A stretch of 64,000 bases of DNA from the NCBI GenBank assembly GCA_027038175.1, contig JALVYB010000098.1, positions 7,606-71,605 on the forward strand, given 5' to 3'. This stretch comes from a candidate division WOR-3 bacterium. GTDB lineage: Bacteria > Hydrothermota > Hydrothermia > UBA1063 > CAJXJZ01. The notes beneath the pieces were generated by a model. It saw nothing but the letters and a program-made list of their open reading frames with translations. It made no database searches and was not told the DNA's origin. Shown here piece after piece: positions 28,796 to 38,384 of the stretch (its first letter is position 1; every line of letters begins with the position of its first letter). Both the position numbers and the translations under genes were made by a program.

Positions 28796-30517
28796 TCACC
28801 TCCTGTTTCCCAGTACTTTTAAAAGTTTTTTAAGTCCCAATGTGTTTAAAACGTTGTCTTTTTCAAGCCATCCCCTTCTTGCCACATAGACGCCCAGTTC
28901 AATCATCCACATCTGGCCTATTTGATGGGCGTCAGTGCCTATTGTTAAAGGCACTCCAATTTCTTTTGCTCTCTTACTCCATGTATCGTTAAGGTCAAGC
29001 CGTTCATAATTTGCATTTATCTCAAGGTATTTACCTTCCTCCTTTGCAACGTATAAGACCTTTTCAAGATTAACATTATAGGGTTCTCTTTTCCCTATTA
29101 ACCTGCCTGTGGGATGGGCAATAGAGTGTACGTATGGATTTTTAAGTGCTTTAATAATTCTTTCTGTAACATCCTCGTATTTGGACCATACATGTACAGC
29201 AGCAACAACGAAATCAAGTTCTTTTAATATTTCATTCGGGTAATCAAGGGTTCCATCCTGAAGTATGTCAACCTCTGCACCTTTCAAAAGAATCTGTTTG
29301 CCATATTTTTCATTAATTCTCTCTATTTCTCTGTTTTTCTCCCTGAGTTTTTCTATACTCAGTCCTCCGGCGTATTTTGCACTCTGTGAATGGTCACATA
29401 CTGCAACATATTCGTAACCCATTTCAATTGCCTTCTCTGCTATTTCCTCTAAAGAGGCTGTTCCATCGGAATATTTTGAATGTACATGCAGGTCTCCTTT
29501 TATATCTTTCATCTCTATAAGTACGGGCAATTTATGCTCCATTGCTGCTTCAATTTCTCCTCTATCTTCCCTGAGTTCAGGTGGGATGAAATCAAGTCCT
29601 AAAATTCCATAAATCTCTTCCTCTTTTTCACCTGCCACCTTTACATTGTCTTTAAATACCCCATATTCCGATATTTTGAACCCTTTTTGTTTTGCAAAGG
29701 TTCTGAGGTGAACATTGTGTTGTTTTGACCCTGTGAAATACTGGAGCGCTGCGCCAAATGACTCACTTGGTACCACCCTAAGGTCAACCTGTATTCTGTC
29801 ATTGAAAATACATGAACCTTTTGTGTCTCCATGGGCGAGTACTCTTGTGACGTCCGGATGATTGACAAATCTATCAATGATTTTTCTGCCATGAGTGCTT
29901 ATACAGAGAATATCAATATCTCCCACTGTTTCTTTCCTTCGTCTGTAGGAGCCACAAACCTCAATATCCTCAACATATTCTGATTCAGACAGCCATTTTT
30001 TCAGGTTCTCTACAAAGGGGTAAATCTCCCCCAGGGGTATCCTGTCCTGCATTTTGAAGTACAATTCAATTGATTTTTTTATGTTTTCAACTTTTTTAGG
30101 CCCCATTCCTCGAAGTTTGGCGAGTTCTCCATTTTCAATAACCTTCTTCAGGTCTTCAAGGTTTTTCACGCCTAATTCATCGTACGCGTGTTTTATAGTT
30201 TTTGGGCCAATACCCGGAATCTGGAGTAACTCAAGTATACCATCAGGTACCTGCGATTTTACCTCTTCGTACTTCTTAAATGTACCTGTTTTAAGGTACT
30301 CTTCTATTTTTACTGCTATTTTTTCTCCAACACCTGGAAGTGATTTTAGCCCGTCAACTCCGTGTTCTTTATAAAATTCCTGTATGTCTTCCGGGAAGTT
30401 TTCAAGAAAGCGTGCGACTTTTCTATACGCTCGAATCTTAAAAGCATTTTCTCCAAGAAATTCCAGGGCATCTGCAAGCGTATCAAACATACGTGCAAGC
30501 TTTTTGTTGTGGTTCAT
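28796..30517 (-). CDS. polX: DNA polymerase X family protein with PHP phosphoesterase domain
   Basis: 573 aa. N-terminal Pol-beta-like HhH/palm region (LPGVGEKIA...GSYRRRKETVGDIDIL) plus a C-terminal PHP domain (DLHVHSKYSDG...). Confidence 0.85.
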   Translation of the reverse strand: MNHNKKLARMFDTLADALEFLGENAFKIRAYRKVARFLENFPEDIQEFYKEHGVDGLKSLPGVGEKIAVKIEEYLKTGTFKKYEEVKSQVPDGILELLQIPGIGPKTIKHAYDELGVKNLEDLKKVIENGELAKLRGMGPKKVENIKKSIELYFKMQDRIPLGEIYPFVENLKKWLSESEYVEDIEVCGSYRRRKETVGDIDILCISTHGRKIIDRFVNHPDVTRVLAHGDTKGSCIFNDRIQVDLRVVPSESFGAALQYFTGSKQHNVHLRTFAKQKGFKISEYGVFKDNVKVAGEKEEEIYGILGLDFIPPELREDRGEIEAAMEHKLPVLIEMKDIKGDLHVHSKYSDGTASLEEIAEKAIEMGYEYVAVCDHSQSAKYAGGLSIEKLREKNREIERINEKYGKQILLKGAEVDILQDGTLDYPNEILKELDFVVAAVHVWSKYEDVTERIIKALKNPYVHSIAHPTGRLIGKREPYNVNLEKVLYVAKEEGKYLEINANYERLDLNDTWSKRAKEIGVPLTIGTDAHQIGQMWMIELGVYVARRGWLEKDNVLNTLGLKKLLKVLGNRR

Positions 30518-30569
30518 TGTAATTATATGTTATTTCAACTTTTATGTATGGTCAAACTGCTCTGTATCT

Positions 30570-31325
30570 TTATATATCGAGTTTTTTAGAAATCAATTTA
30601 CATGTTTCCACTATATCTTCCTCTATTTTAAGTGTAGCGTAATTATCTAAAGCTGTTTTTCCCTTTGTTATTATAACAAGTGGAGTGCCCCTTGTTACTC
30701 CATACATTGGTATATAACCTGCTGGAAACACGGCGAGTGTTGAGCCAATAACAATGATAAGGTCAGCTTCCTTTGCTGCCTTTTGTGCCCTTAAAAGAGC
30801 ATCCTCTGGTAAGGGTTCTTTAAAGAATACGAAATCCGGTCTCAATACTCCTCCACATTCACATTTTGCTATTTCTTTTTTCTTAATGAATTCCATTGCA
30901 TACTCAAGTGGATATTTTTTATTACACCTTATACATGTAAATGTTTTCATGGAACCATGAAGGTTGGCTACTCTGGTAGAACCTGCTTTTTCATGGAGCA
31001 TGTCGATGTTTTGTGTGGCAATAAGATTGATTTTACCCATGTCTTCAAGTTTCTTTAAACAGAGATGAGCATCGTTGGGCTTTGCGTTTACGAGGATAGG
31101 AGCGAGTTCAAACATCAAATTGTAAAGAATGGAGGGGTCTTTGTAGAATACGTCTATATCAAACACTATTTCCGGATATTTTGAGTATATTCCAGTTCCA
31201 CTTCTGAAATCAGGTATACCACTTTTGGTGCTTATGCCAGCACCTGTGAGTACGAATATTTTTCTGGATTTTTTTATGAGGTCTACAAGTTGTGCTATTT
31301 TTAGTTCGAACTGGGAATTATTCAT
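30570..31325 (-). CDS. cobB: NAD-dependent protein deacylase (Sir2 family)
   Basis: 251 aa containing GAGISTKSGIPDFRS, a Zn ribbon (CIRC...CECGG) and a GSTLAVFPA motif. Confidence 0.85.
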   Translation of the reverse strand: MNNSQFELKIAQLVDLIKKSRKIFVLTGAGISTKSGIPDFRSGTGIYSKYPEIVFDIDVFYKDPSILYNLMFELAPILVNAKPNDAHLCLKKLEDMGKINLIATQNIDMLHEKAGSTRVANLHGSMKTFTCIRCNKKYPLEYAMEFIKKKEIAKCECGGVLRPDFVFFKEPLPEDALLRAQKAAKEADLIIVIGSTLAVFPAGYIPMYGVTRGTPLVIITKGKTALDNYATLKIEEDIVETCKLISKKLDI

Positions 31326-31340
31326 GCTTAATATTATATT

Positions 31341-31373
31341 ACTGGTTTATAAAACCAGCAAATTGTGTTATAA
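31341..31373 (+). promoter_or_regulatory. inverted repeat (CTGGTTT-ATAA-AACCAG) plus extended -10 (TGtTATAAT) in the cobB/LKR divergent intergenic region
   Basis: The palindrome spans 31341-31357. The TGTTATAAT element spans 31365-31373 and ends 8 nt before the LKR ATG, with no SD sequence in between, so the transcript may be leaderless. Confidence 0.3.
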
Positions 31374-31380
31374 TAATAGA

Positions 31381-32679
31381 ATGAGGCTTTTAGGTATAAG
31401 GAGGGAGACAAAAAATAAATGGGAGAGGCGAGTACCACTTGTGCCTCATGATGTGCATGAATTACGTAAGAGGCACAGAATAATGACTCTTATCGAGCCG
31501 TCAGAACTGAGAATTTTCCCGGAGGAAGAGTATGTAAAAAACGGAGCCAATGTGGTGGACAATCTGAGGGAGGCTCATTACATCTTTGGAGTGAAAGAAA
31601 TACCGCCGTCTTATTTCGAAGAAGGGAAAGTATACATGTTTTTCTCTCATACGATTAAGGGCCAGAAATACAATATGCCTATGCTCAAGAGAATGCTGGA
31701 ATTAAAAGATACTCTGATTGACTATGAACTTATCAAGGATGAAAATGGAAAGAGGCTTATTTTCTTCGGTTATCACGCAGGTCTTGCTGGTGCCATAGAT
31801 ACTCTCTGGGCATTTGGTCAGAGGCTTTTGAAGGAGGGGATAAAAACACCTTTTGCCCGTATTAAAAGGGCTTATGAGTATGGTAGAATGGATAAGGTAG
31901 AGATGCATCTTAAAGATATAGGGGAGCAGATAGAGGAAGAGGGCCTCCCTCCAGAGATATCTCCCCTTATAGTTGGCATTACCGGAAGGGGTAATGTTTC
32001 TCATGGCGTTCAAGATATAATAAAATTTTTCCCATATGAAGAGGTTGGTGCAAGGTGTATACCTGAGGTGCTAAAAGAAAAGAAGAACGATAGAATTTTT
32101 ATGGTGGTTTTTAAGCCCGAGGAGAGGGTCAAACACAGGTTTGGGGAAATATTTTCGAGAGAGGATTATTATGCCCATCCAGAGCAATATGTTTCAAGAA
32201 TGCCTGAGTATCTGCCACATCTAAACATACTGTTTAATGCCATTTACTGGGAGGAGCGTTTCCCCAAACTGGTAACTAAAGACCATATAAAGGAGCTCTT
32301 TGAAAAAGACAAGAATCCAAGGTTAAAGGTAATAGGGGATATAACCTGTGATATTGGAGGCTCAATAGAAATTACGGTGAAAGCAACAGACCCCGGAAAT
32401 CCATGTTTCGTATATAATCCTTACACAGACTCGATTGTTGATGGTGTTGAGGGTAATGGTGTTGTGGTTATGGCTGTGGATAATCTCCCGGCAGAATTAG
32501 CATACGATGCCTCAATATTTTTCAGTCATCAATTAAAGCCTTTTGTGCCATATATAGTAAGGGCAAACTATGATGTAAAGTTTAAAAGGCTCAACTTGCC
32601 CGATGAAATTAAAAATGCGGTGATAGTTTACAATGGCGAACTTACGCCGAATTATAAATATCTTGAAAAATACTTGTGA
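31381..32679 (+). CDS. lysine-ketoglutarate reductase-like / saccharopine dehydrogenase (L-lysine-forming), AlaDH-PNT fold
   Basis: Start re-placed at MRLLGIRRETKNKWERRVPLVPHDV, matching the conserved LKR N-terminus (human AASS begins ...VLAVRREDVNAWERRAPL). The supplied ORF began 52 codons upstream, inside the divergent region. Confidence 0.6.
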   Translation: MRLLGIRRETKNKWERRVPLVPHDVHELRKRHRIMTLIEPSELRIFPEEEYVKNGANVVDNLREAHYIFGVKEIPPSYFEEGKVYMFFSHTIKGQKYNMPMLKRMLELKDTLIDYELIKDENGKRLIFFGYHAGLAGAIDTLWAFGQRLLKEGIKTPFARIKRAYEYGRMDKVEMHLKDIGEQIEEEGLPPEISPLIVGITGRGNVSHGVQDIIKFFPYEEVGARCIPEVLKEKKNDRIFMVVFKPEERVKHRFGEIFSREDYYAHPEQYVSRMPEYLPHLNILFNAIYWEERFPKLVTKDHIKELFEKDKNPRLKVIGDITCDIGGSIEITVKATDPGNPCFVYNPYTDSIVDGVEGNGVVVMAVDNLPAELAYDASIFFSHQLKPFVPYIVRANYDVKFKRLNLPDEIKNAVIVYNGELTPNYKYLEKYL

Positions 32680-32697
32680 AAATAGGAGGCATTAAAA

Positions 32698-34002
32698 ATG
32701 GCTAAAAAAGTCCTGGTGCTCGGCGCCGGGATGGTAACAAAGCCCATGATAAGGTATTTTGCGGAGAAGACCGACTACTCCGTAATAGTGGCATCCAGAA
32801 CTCGCAAACATATAGATGAACTGATAAGTGGCTATGATAGAATAAAGGGTATAACATGGGAAGCACACAACTTAGATGGGCTCCGTGATCTCGTTAAAGA
32901 GGCTGATATAGTTCTGAGTTTCCTGCCGTATATATATCATATGGAGGTTGCCAGGCTGTGTGTGGAATATTCAAAACCCCTTGTTACAACCTCCTATGTA
33001 AAAGAGGAGATGGCAGCCCTTGATGAAGAGGCAAAAAAGAAAGGTATATTGCTTCTTAATGAGACAGGCCTTGATCCTGGCATAGACCATATGACTGCTC
33101 AGATGGTAATAGATACGGCTCACGAAAAAGGTGCAGAAGTTACGGAGTTCTATTCCTATTGCGGCGCTCTTCCTGCACCACAGTATGCCAACAATCCGCT
33201 TCATTATAAATTCTCCTGGAGCCCGGAGGGGGTGTTGAGAGCGGGGAATAATAGTGCAAAATATTTAAAAGAAGGAAAAATAGTTGAAGTTCCAAGTAAT
33301 GAACTCTTTTCCCACCGCTGGAGTGAGTATGTGGAGGGAGTGGGAGAACTTGAAGTGTATCCTAACAGGAACTCTCTTGTGTATATAGAGAAATATGGGA
33401 TAAGTGAGGTGCATACCATAATAAGGGGAACCTTTAGATATCCAGGGTGGTGTGAAACGCAGATTTATCTTAAGAAGTTACATCTTACAGAAGAGGGCAT
33501 AAAAGTACCTTCTGGGGTAAGAACGTGGAAAGAACTGATGGATGTTAAACTGAAAGAGGTGAATGAAGAGATTCCTTCTCACATTATAGACAAATTGAGG
33601 TGGCTTGGGCTTTTTGAGGGTAGAGAACTTCCATGTGTGGAGTGTACAATATTTGAAAATTTTGTTACCTTGCTTAAAGAGAAACTCTCTTATAGGGAAG
33701 GTGAAAAAGACCTTATCATTCTCAAGCACAGAATAGTGATTGAAGAAAAAGGAAAAAGAAAAGTACATACTGTAAAATTGGTGTCAGAAGGAGTGATTGG
33801 CAAAGAAACGGCTGTGGCCAAAACAGTTTCTCTTCCTGCAGCCATTGCAGCAGATTTAATTCTGAAAGGGGAAATAACCCTGAGCGGCGTATGGATTCCA
33901 ACTCATCCTGATATTTATACAAAGGTTTTGAGGGAACTTGAAAACGAAGGAATTAAGCCTGAATTGAAGGAGGAGGTACTTGAGAAGATAGGGGAGAAAT
34001 AA
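32698..34002 (+). CDS. saccharopine dehydrogenase (NADP+, L-glutamate-forming) family
   Basis: 434 aa with an N-terminal Rossmann motif (VLVLGAGMVTKPMIRYFA) and the Sacchrp_dh architecture. Immediately follows the LKR-like gene. Confidence 0.7.
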   Translation: MAKKVLVLGAGMVTKPMIRYFAEKTDYSVIVASRTRKHIDELISGYDRIKGITWEAHNLDGLRDLVKEADIVLSFLPYIYHMEVARLCVEYSKPLVTTSYVKEEMAALDEEAKKKGILLLNETGLDPGIDHMTAQMVIDTAHEKGAEVTEFYSYCGALPAPQYANNPLHYKFSWSPEGVLRAGNNSAKYLKEGKIVEVPSNELFSHRWSEYVEGVGELEVYPNRNSLVYIEKYGISEVHTIIRGTFRYPGWCETQIYLKKLHLTEEGIKVPSGVRTWKELMDVKLKEVNEEIPSHIIDKLRWLGLFEGRELPCVECTIFENFVTLLKEKLSYREGEKDLIILKHRIVIEEKGKRKVHTVKLVSEGVIGKETAVAKTVSLPAAIAADLILKGEITLSGVWIPTHPDIYTKVLRELENEGIKPELKEEVLEKIGEK

Positions 34003-34011
34003 GGAGATTTT

Positions 34012-36072
34012 ATGGAGTTTAGAATAATTAAGCATCCCATACTTAAGGTAGAGGAGAGGAAGGATATTGCATTTTATTTTAATGGTAAGAAACTCTATGG
34101 TAAAGAGGGCGATACTATCGCAGCAGCACTCTTTGCAAACGGTATAAAGATATTTGGACATCATCCAAAAGATAACTCTCCTCAGGGGATTTTCTGTGCT
34201 AACGGACAGTGTGACCAGTGCCGGGTAATAGCCAACGGCAAGGTGGTAAAGTCATGTATGGTGCTTCTTGAAGATGGGATGGATATAAGAAGTCTCGATG
34301 GTTTGCCAGAGTTGCCGGAAACCGGTAAAATTGGAGAGTTCGAGCCTATAAAAGAGTACAAGTATACTGTCCTGATTGCAGGTGGTGGGCCAGCAGGACT
34401 TGCAGCGGCTAAAGAATTGGGAAAACGTGGGGTTAGAACGTTAATAGTGGACGATAAACATAAACTCGGTGGAAAGCTTGTATTGCAAACTCACAAATTC
34501 TTTGGTTCGGTTGAAGCATGTTATGCTGGTACAAGGGGTACAGAGATTGCAGAGATTATGGAGAAGGACATTAGGGAACTTGATAGTGTCGATGTCTGGC
34601 TTGGTTCCACTGTTATATGGCCTTTTTCGGATGGGAAAGTAGGGATTTTAAAAGACGGGAAGGAATACGTCCTTGTAGAACCGGATATTTTGCTTGTAGC
34701 AACAGGTGCGAGAGAGCGTTTCCTTGCTTTTCCAGGAAATACACTTCCAGGTGTGTATGGAGCAGGTGCACTTCAAACTCTTATAAATAGAGATCTTGTT
34801 CGGCCTTCAGAGAAAATTTTTATTATAGGTGGTGGAAATGTAGGACTTATTGCGGCCTATCACGCACTTCAGGCCGGGATTCAGGTTGTTGGGCTCTGCG
34901 AAATAATGCCTGAGGTCGGTGGATATGTAGTACATAAAGAAAAACTGCTGAAATTAGGTGTACCTGTGTATACCTCTCATACAGTACTCAAGGCAGAAGG
35001 CAAGGAGCATGTGGAGAGAGTCGTCATTGCACGGGTCGATGAGAATTTTAAACCCATAAAGGGTACAGAAAAGACCATTGAGTGTGACACAGTACTTGTG
35101 GCTGTGGGACTTGAGCCAATCAATGAATTTGCAGAAAGGGCAAAGGCCTTTGGGTATAAAGTTTTTGTTGCAGGTGACGCGGAAGAGATTGCAGAGGCAT
35201 CAAGTGCTATTTTCTCCGGACGTATTAGAGGTCTTGAGATACTAAAAGAACTTGGGCTTTATGAAGGTGAAATCCCCGAGGAGTTTTACAAAACTCAGGA
35301 AATTTTAAAATCAAGACCAGGTAAAAAATTCTATGAGGTTAAACTTCCTGAGAAGAAAGAGGGTGTTTACCCAGTTATTAACTGTGTTCAGGAAATTCCA
35401 TGTAATCCCTGTGAAGTTGTCTGTCCAAAAGATGCCATTAAAATAGGTGAGCCAATTACCAATGTTCCAGAGTATGTTGGTGGCTGCATAGGGTGTGAAA
35501 TCTGTGTTGCGAAATGTCCCGGCCTTGCCATCACTCTTGTTGACTGGAGAAAAGAAGACCCTATTGTCACTGTTCCCTTCGAGTTTGAGCCTGATGAGTA
35601 CTTCAAGGTAGGGGATATGGTGGAGGTTACAGATAGATTTGGTAACCTCCTTGGAAAGGCAGAGGTTATAAGGATAAGAAGAAGAACGGTTTCAAAGGGA
35701 ACACATATAGTAAAACTGAAAGCAAGCAGGGGTATAGCAGAAAAGATAGCGGGGATAAGGATTCAAACTCCACCGGAACCCATTGAGCTGCAATTTGATG
35801 AGAGTGAATATATTCCAGATGATGCAATTATATGCAGGTGTGAAAGAGTGAAGGCAGGAGAGATAAGAAAACTTATAAGAGAGGGTGTGAGGGACATGAA
35901 CGAAATCAAAGCCCTAACCCGTGCCGGTATGGGTGCCTGTGGTGGGAAAACCTGCACATCGTTAATAAAACGAATATTCCGTGAAGAGGGAGTTACTGAT
36001 TTTGAATCCTTTACTAAAAGACCTCTATTTATAGAAGTCCCTGTAAAAGACCTTTCCGGACTGAAGGAGTAA
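34012..36072 (+). CDS. opine/sarcosine-oxidase alpha-like (OoxA/HcnB/PDH-alpha-like) FAD/NAD(P)-binding oxidoreductase with 2Fe-2S, ferredoxin-like and BFD-like Cys motifs
   Basis: 686 aa. N-terminal 2Fe-2S-like domain (CANGQCDQCRV...KSC). FAD/NAD Rossmann motifs (VLIAGGGPAGLAAA; IIGGGNVGLIAA). Two 4Fe-4S-like CxxCxxCP motifs (CNPCEVVCP; CIGCEICVAKCPG). C-terminal BFD-like CRCERV...GACGGKTC. Confidence 0.6.
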   Translation: MEFRIIKHPILKVEERKDIAFYFNGKKLYGKEGDTIAAALFANGIKIFGHHPKDNSPQGIFCANGQCDQCRVIANGKVVKSCMVLLEDGMDIRSLDGLPELPETGKIGEFEPIKEYKYTVLIAGGGPAGLAAAKELGKRGVRTLIVDDKHKLGGKLVLQTHKFFGSVEACYAGTRGTEIAEIMEKDIRELDSVDVWLGSTVIWPFSDGKVGILKDGKEYVLVEPDILLVATGARERFLAFPGNTLPGVYGAGALQTLINRDLVRPSEKIFIIGGGNVGLIAAYHALQAGIQVVGLCEIMPEVGGYVVHKEKLLKLGVPVYTSHTVLKAEGKEHVERVVIARVDENFKPIKGTEKTIECDTVLVAVGLEPINEFAERAKAFGYKVFVAGDAEEIAEASSAIFSGRIRGLEILKELGLYEGEIPEEFYKTQEILKSRPGKKFYEVKLPEKKEGVYPVINCVQEIPCNPCEVVCPKDAIKIGEPITNVPEYVGGCIGCEICVAKCPGLAITLVDWRKEDPIVTVPFEFEPDEYFKVGDMVEVTDRFGNLLGKAEVIRIRRRTVSKGTHIVKLKASRGIAEKIAGIRIQTPPEPIELQFDESEYIPDDAIICRCERVKAGEIRKLIREGVRDMNEIKALTRAGMGACGGKTCTSLIKRIFREEGVTDFESFTKRPLFIEVPVKDLSGLKE

Positions 36073-36075
36073 AGG

Positions 36076-37221
36076 ATGAAGAAGTATGATTTTATAATTA
36101 TTGGAGCAGGGAGCGTAGGAGTGCCTCTCTCCTACTACCTTTCAAAGAGCGGTGCAAAGGTACTTGTGCTTGAAAGAAAAAAGAGTGTTGGTCAGGGGTC
36201 AAATAAGGCTGCAATCGGAGGAATAAGGGCTACCCACTCCAATCCTGCGAAAATAATTGTGGGTAAAAAGAGCCTTGAGATTTTTGAAAAATGGCAAAAA
36301 GAGCATGAGATAGAATGGTATAAGGGAGGGTACTCCTTTGTTGCCTATGATGAAGAGATTCACAAAAGCCTTAAAAACCTCGTGAGTTTTCAAAAGAGTC
36401 TCGGTCTTGATATAGAGTATCTTGAAAGGGATGCACTTGTGGAAAAAATACCTTCTATAAATCCTGAGGGTCTTCTGGGAGGCACCTATTCTCCCGGGGA
36501 TGGTTCTGCCTCTCCTCTTCTGACAGTTAACTCTTTTTACAGAGAAGCCGTTAAACTTGGTGCAGAGTTTGTCTTTGATAGCGAAGTTGAAGGATTTGAT
36601 ATATTTGATGGGAGTATAAAAGAGGTCAAAACTGCAGAAAATACGTATAGAGGGGATATAGTGGTTAATGCAGCAGGTGGATGGGCAAACAACTTGCAGA
36701 ATCTCGCAGGAGAAAGTATCCCTGTAAAACCAGATGTGCATGAGGCTGGTATCACAGAACCTGTGAAACATTTTATAAACCCCATGATAGTGGATATAAG
36801 GAAAACTTCAGATTCTGCCAATTTCTATTTTTATCAACACAAGACAGGTCAGGTAATTTTCTGTCTTACTCCAAAGGAACCAAGATGGGGATTTAACATA
36901 AATGAAACGTCAACATTTCTGCCAATAGCAACCAGAAGAATGATTGAACTTGTTCCAAGACTTAAGAACATCAGGGTAAGGAGAACGTGGGCTGGTATCT
37001 ATCCGATGACGCCGGATGGTAACCCTGTGGTGGGATTCAGTAAAAAAGTAAAAAATCTTTTTATACTTGGTGGTATGTGTGGACAGGGCTTTATGCTGGG
37101 ACCGGGCCTTGGATATTACCTCTCCTCTTATTTTGGAGGTGAAAAGAGCGAGGAGATAGATGTTATATTGAAAGAGTTTAATCCCTATCGTTCCTTTGAA
37201 AGCACGGAAGTACTCAAATAA
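36076..37221 (+). CDS. FAD-dependent oxidoreductase (DAO family; sarcosine-oxidase beta/OoxB/PDH-beta-like)
   Basis: 381 aa with an N-terminal DFIIIGAGSVG dinucleotide fold. DAO-family length and motifs. Confidence 0.7.
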   Translation: MKKYDFIIIGAGSVGVPLSYYLSKSGAKVLVLERKKSVGQGSNKAAIGGIRATHSNPAKIIVGKKSLEIFEKWQKEHEIEWYKGGYSFVAYDEEIHKSLKNLVSFQKSLGLDIEYLERDALVEKIPSINPEGLLGGTYSPGDGSASPLLTVNSFYREAVKLGAEFVFDSEVEGFDIFDGSIKEVKTAENTYRGDIVVNAAGGWANNLQNLAGESIPVKPDVHEAGITEPVKHFINPMIVDIRKTSDSANFYFYQHKTGQVIFCLTPKEPRWGFNINETSTFLPIATRRMIELVPRLKNIRVRRTWAGIYPMTPDGNPVVGFSKKVKNLFILGGMCGQGFMLGPGLGYYLSSYFGGEKSEEIDVILKEFNPYRSFESTEVLK

Positions 37222-38384
37222 TGAAGGTTCTTGTTGCTACTACCTCCTATCCCCGAAAGAAAGGGGATACAGCAGGAATATTTGTACACAAACTCGCTAA
37301 ATCCATTAAAGACAGAGGAGCCGAAGTTTTCGTTATGGCCCCCTCATGCGGAATGGATGATGAAGAAAGAGAGATTGAAGGCATAAAGGTCCACAGGTTC
37401 AGGTATTTTTTTATAAAAAAATGGGAAATACTGTTTTGCAGAGGTGGTGGAGCCGTTCCAGCACTCACAAAAAAACCATATTTACATTTGCTGCTCCCTT
37501 TCGCACTTTTGTCTTATACCATTTCTATTTTAAAAAGAGCAAAAGATGCAGATGTTATACAGGCTGAGTGGTCTATATCGGGATTTGCATCGATACCTTC
37601 AAAAATTTTACTCAGAAAAAAGGTTGTGGTGTCACTTCTTGGTAGTGATATGATGAAGGCGAAAGGTTCACCTGTTTATAGATGGATTACCAGAATTACT
37701 TTTAAATTCGCTGATGCTATAACTTCTGTAAGTAAAAGAATGGTTGATGAGGCAATTTCAATAGGCGCAGACCCTGAAAGGGTGAGGTTTATCCCCTATG
37801 GAACAGATGAAAAGTTTCTCAATATCACTCCAGCGGAGTTCAAAAAGCCTTACAACCTTTTGTATGTGGGTAATCTCATTCCTCTTAAAAGAGTTCATGT
37901 CGCAATTAAGGCTCTTTCAGAACTCCCTGAAGATTTCAGGTTATACATAGTGGGAGATGGACCACAGAGAAAAGAACTAAAAGTACTTGCAAACACTCTT
38001 GGGGTTGGGCACAGGGTTTATTTTGAGGGAAGGGTTCCTCATGAAGAAATTCCGTCATATCTTTCGAGGTCTCATGCTTTACTCCTTCTAAGTGAATCTG
38101 AAGGAAGACCCAATGTGGTGCTTGAGGCGCTTGCAGCAGGTGTTCCAGTTGTTGCCTCGGATATCCCGGGCAATAGAGAACTCGTTGTCAATTCAGAAAA
38201 TGGTATCCTTGTGCCTGTAGATGACCATAAGAGTGTCGTAGGGGCCATAATCTCTCTTTTTCAAGATGAAGAAAAATGGAAGGCAATGAGTAAGAGGGCC
38301 AAGGAATTCGTAAGAAGAGAGAGGCTTTTATGGAAATTTACAGCAGAGGACCACATAAACCTATATTCTGAACTTTTACGTTAA
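37221..38384 (+). CDS. glycosyltransferase family 4
   Basis: 387 aa. C-terminal GT4 signature (SESEGRPNVVLEALAAGVPVVASDIPGNRELV). Confidence 0.75.
   Translation: MKVLVATTSYPRKKGDTAGIFVHKLAKSIKDRGAEVFVMAPSCGMDDEEREIEGIKVHRFRYFFIKKWEILFCRGGGAVPALTKKPYLHLLLPFALLSYTISILKRAKDADVIQAEWSISGFASIPSKILLRKKVVVSLLGSDMMKAKGSPVYRWITRITFKFADAITSVSKRMVDEAISIGADPERVRFIPYGTDEKFLNITPAEFKKPYNLLYVGNLIPLKRVHVAIKALSELPEDFRLYIVGDGPQRKELKVLANTLGVGHRVYFEGRVPHEEIPSYLSRSHALLLLSESEGRPNVVLEALAAGVPVVASDIPGNRELVVNSENGILVPVDDHKSVVGAIISLFQDEEKWKAMSKRAKEFVRRERLLWKFTAEDHINLYSELLR

Noticed and set aside
31225-31380. Upstream 52-codon extension of the LKR ORF proposed by the ORF track
   Set aside because: The extension runs through the divergent promoter region and overlaps the cobB start on the opposite strand. 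Its composition is hydrophobic junk, and the conserved LKR N-terminus begins at 31381.
36199-36821. 190-aa and 94-aa antisense ORFs within the FAD-oxidoreductase gene
   Set aside because: They lie entirely inside a confident plus-strand DAO-family CDS and have no independent support.
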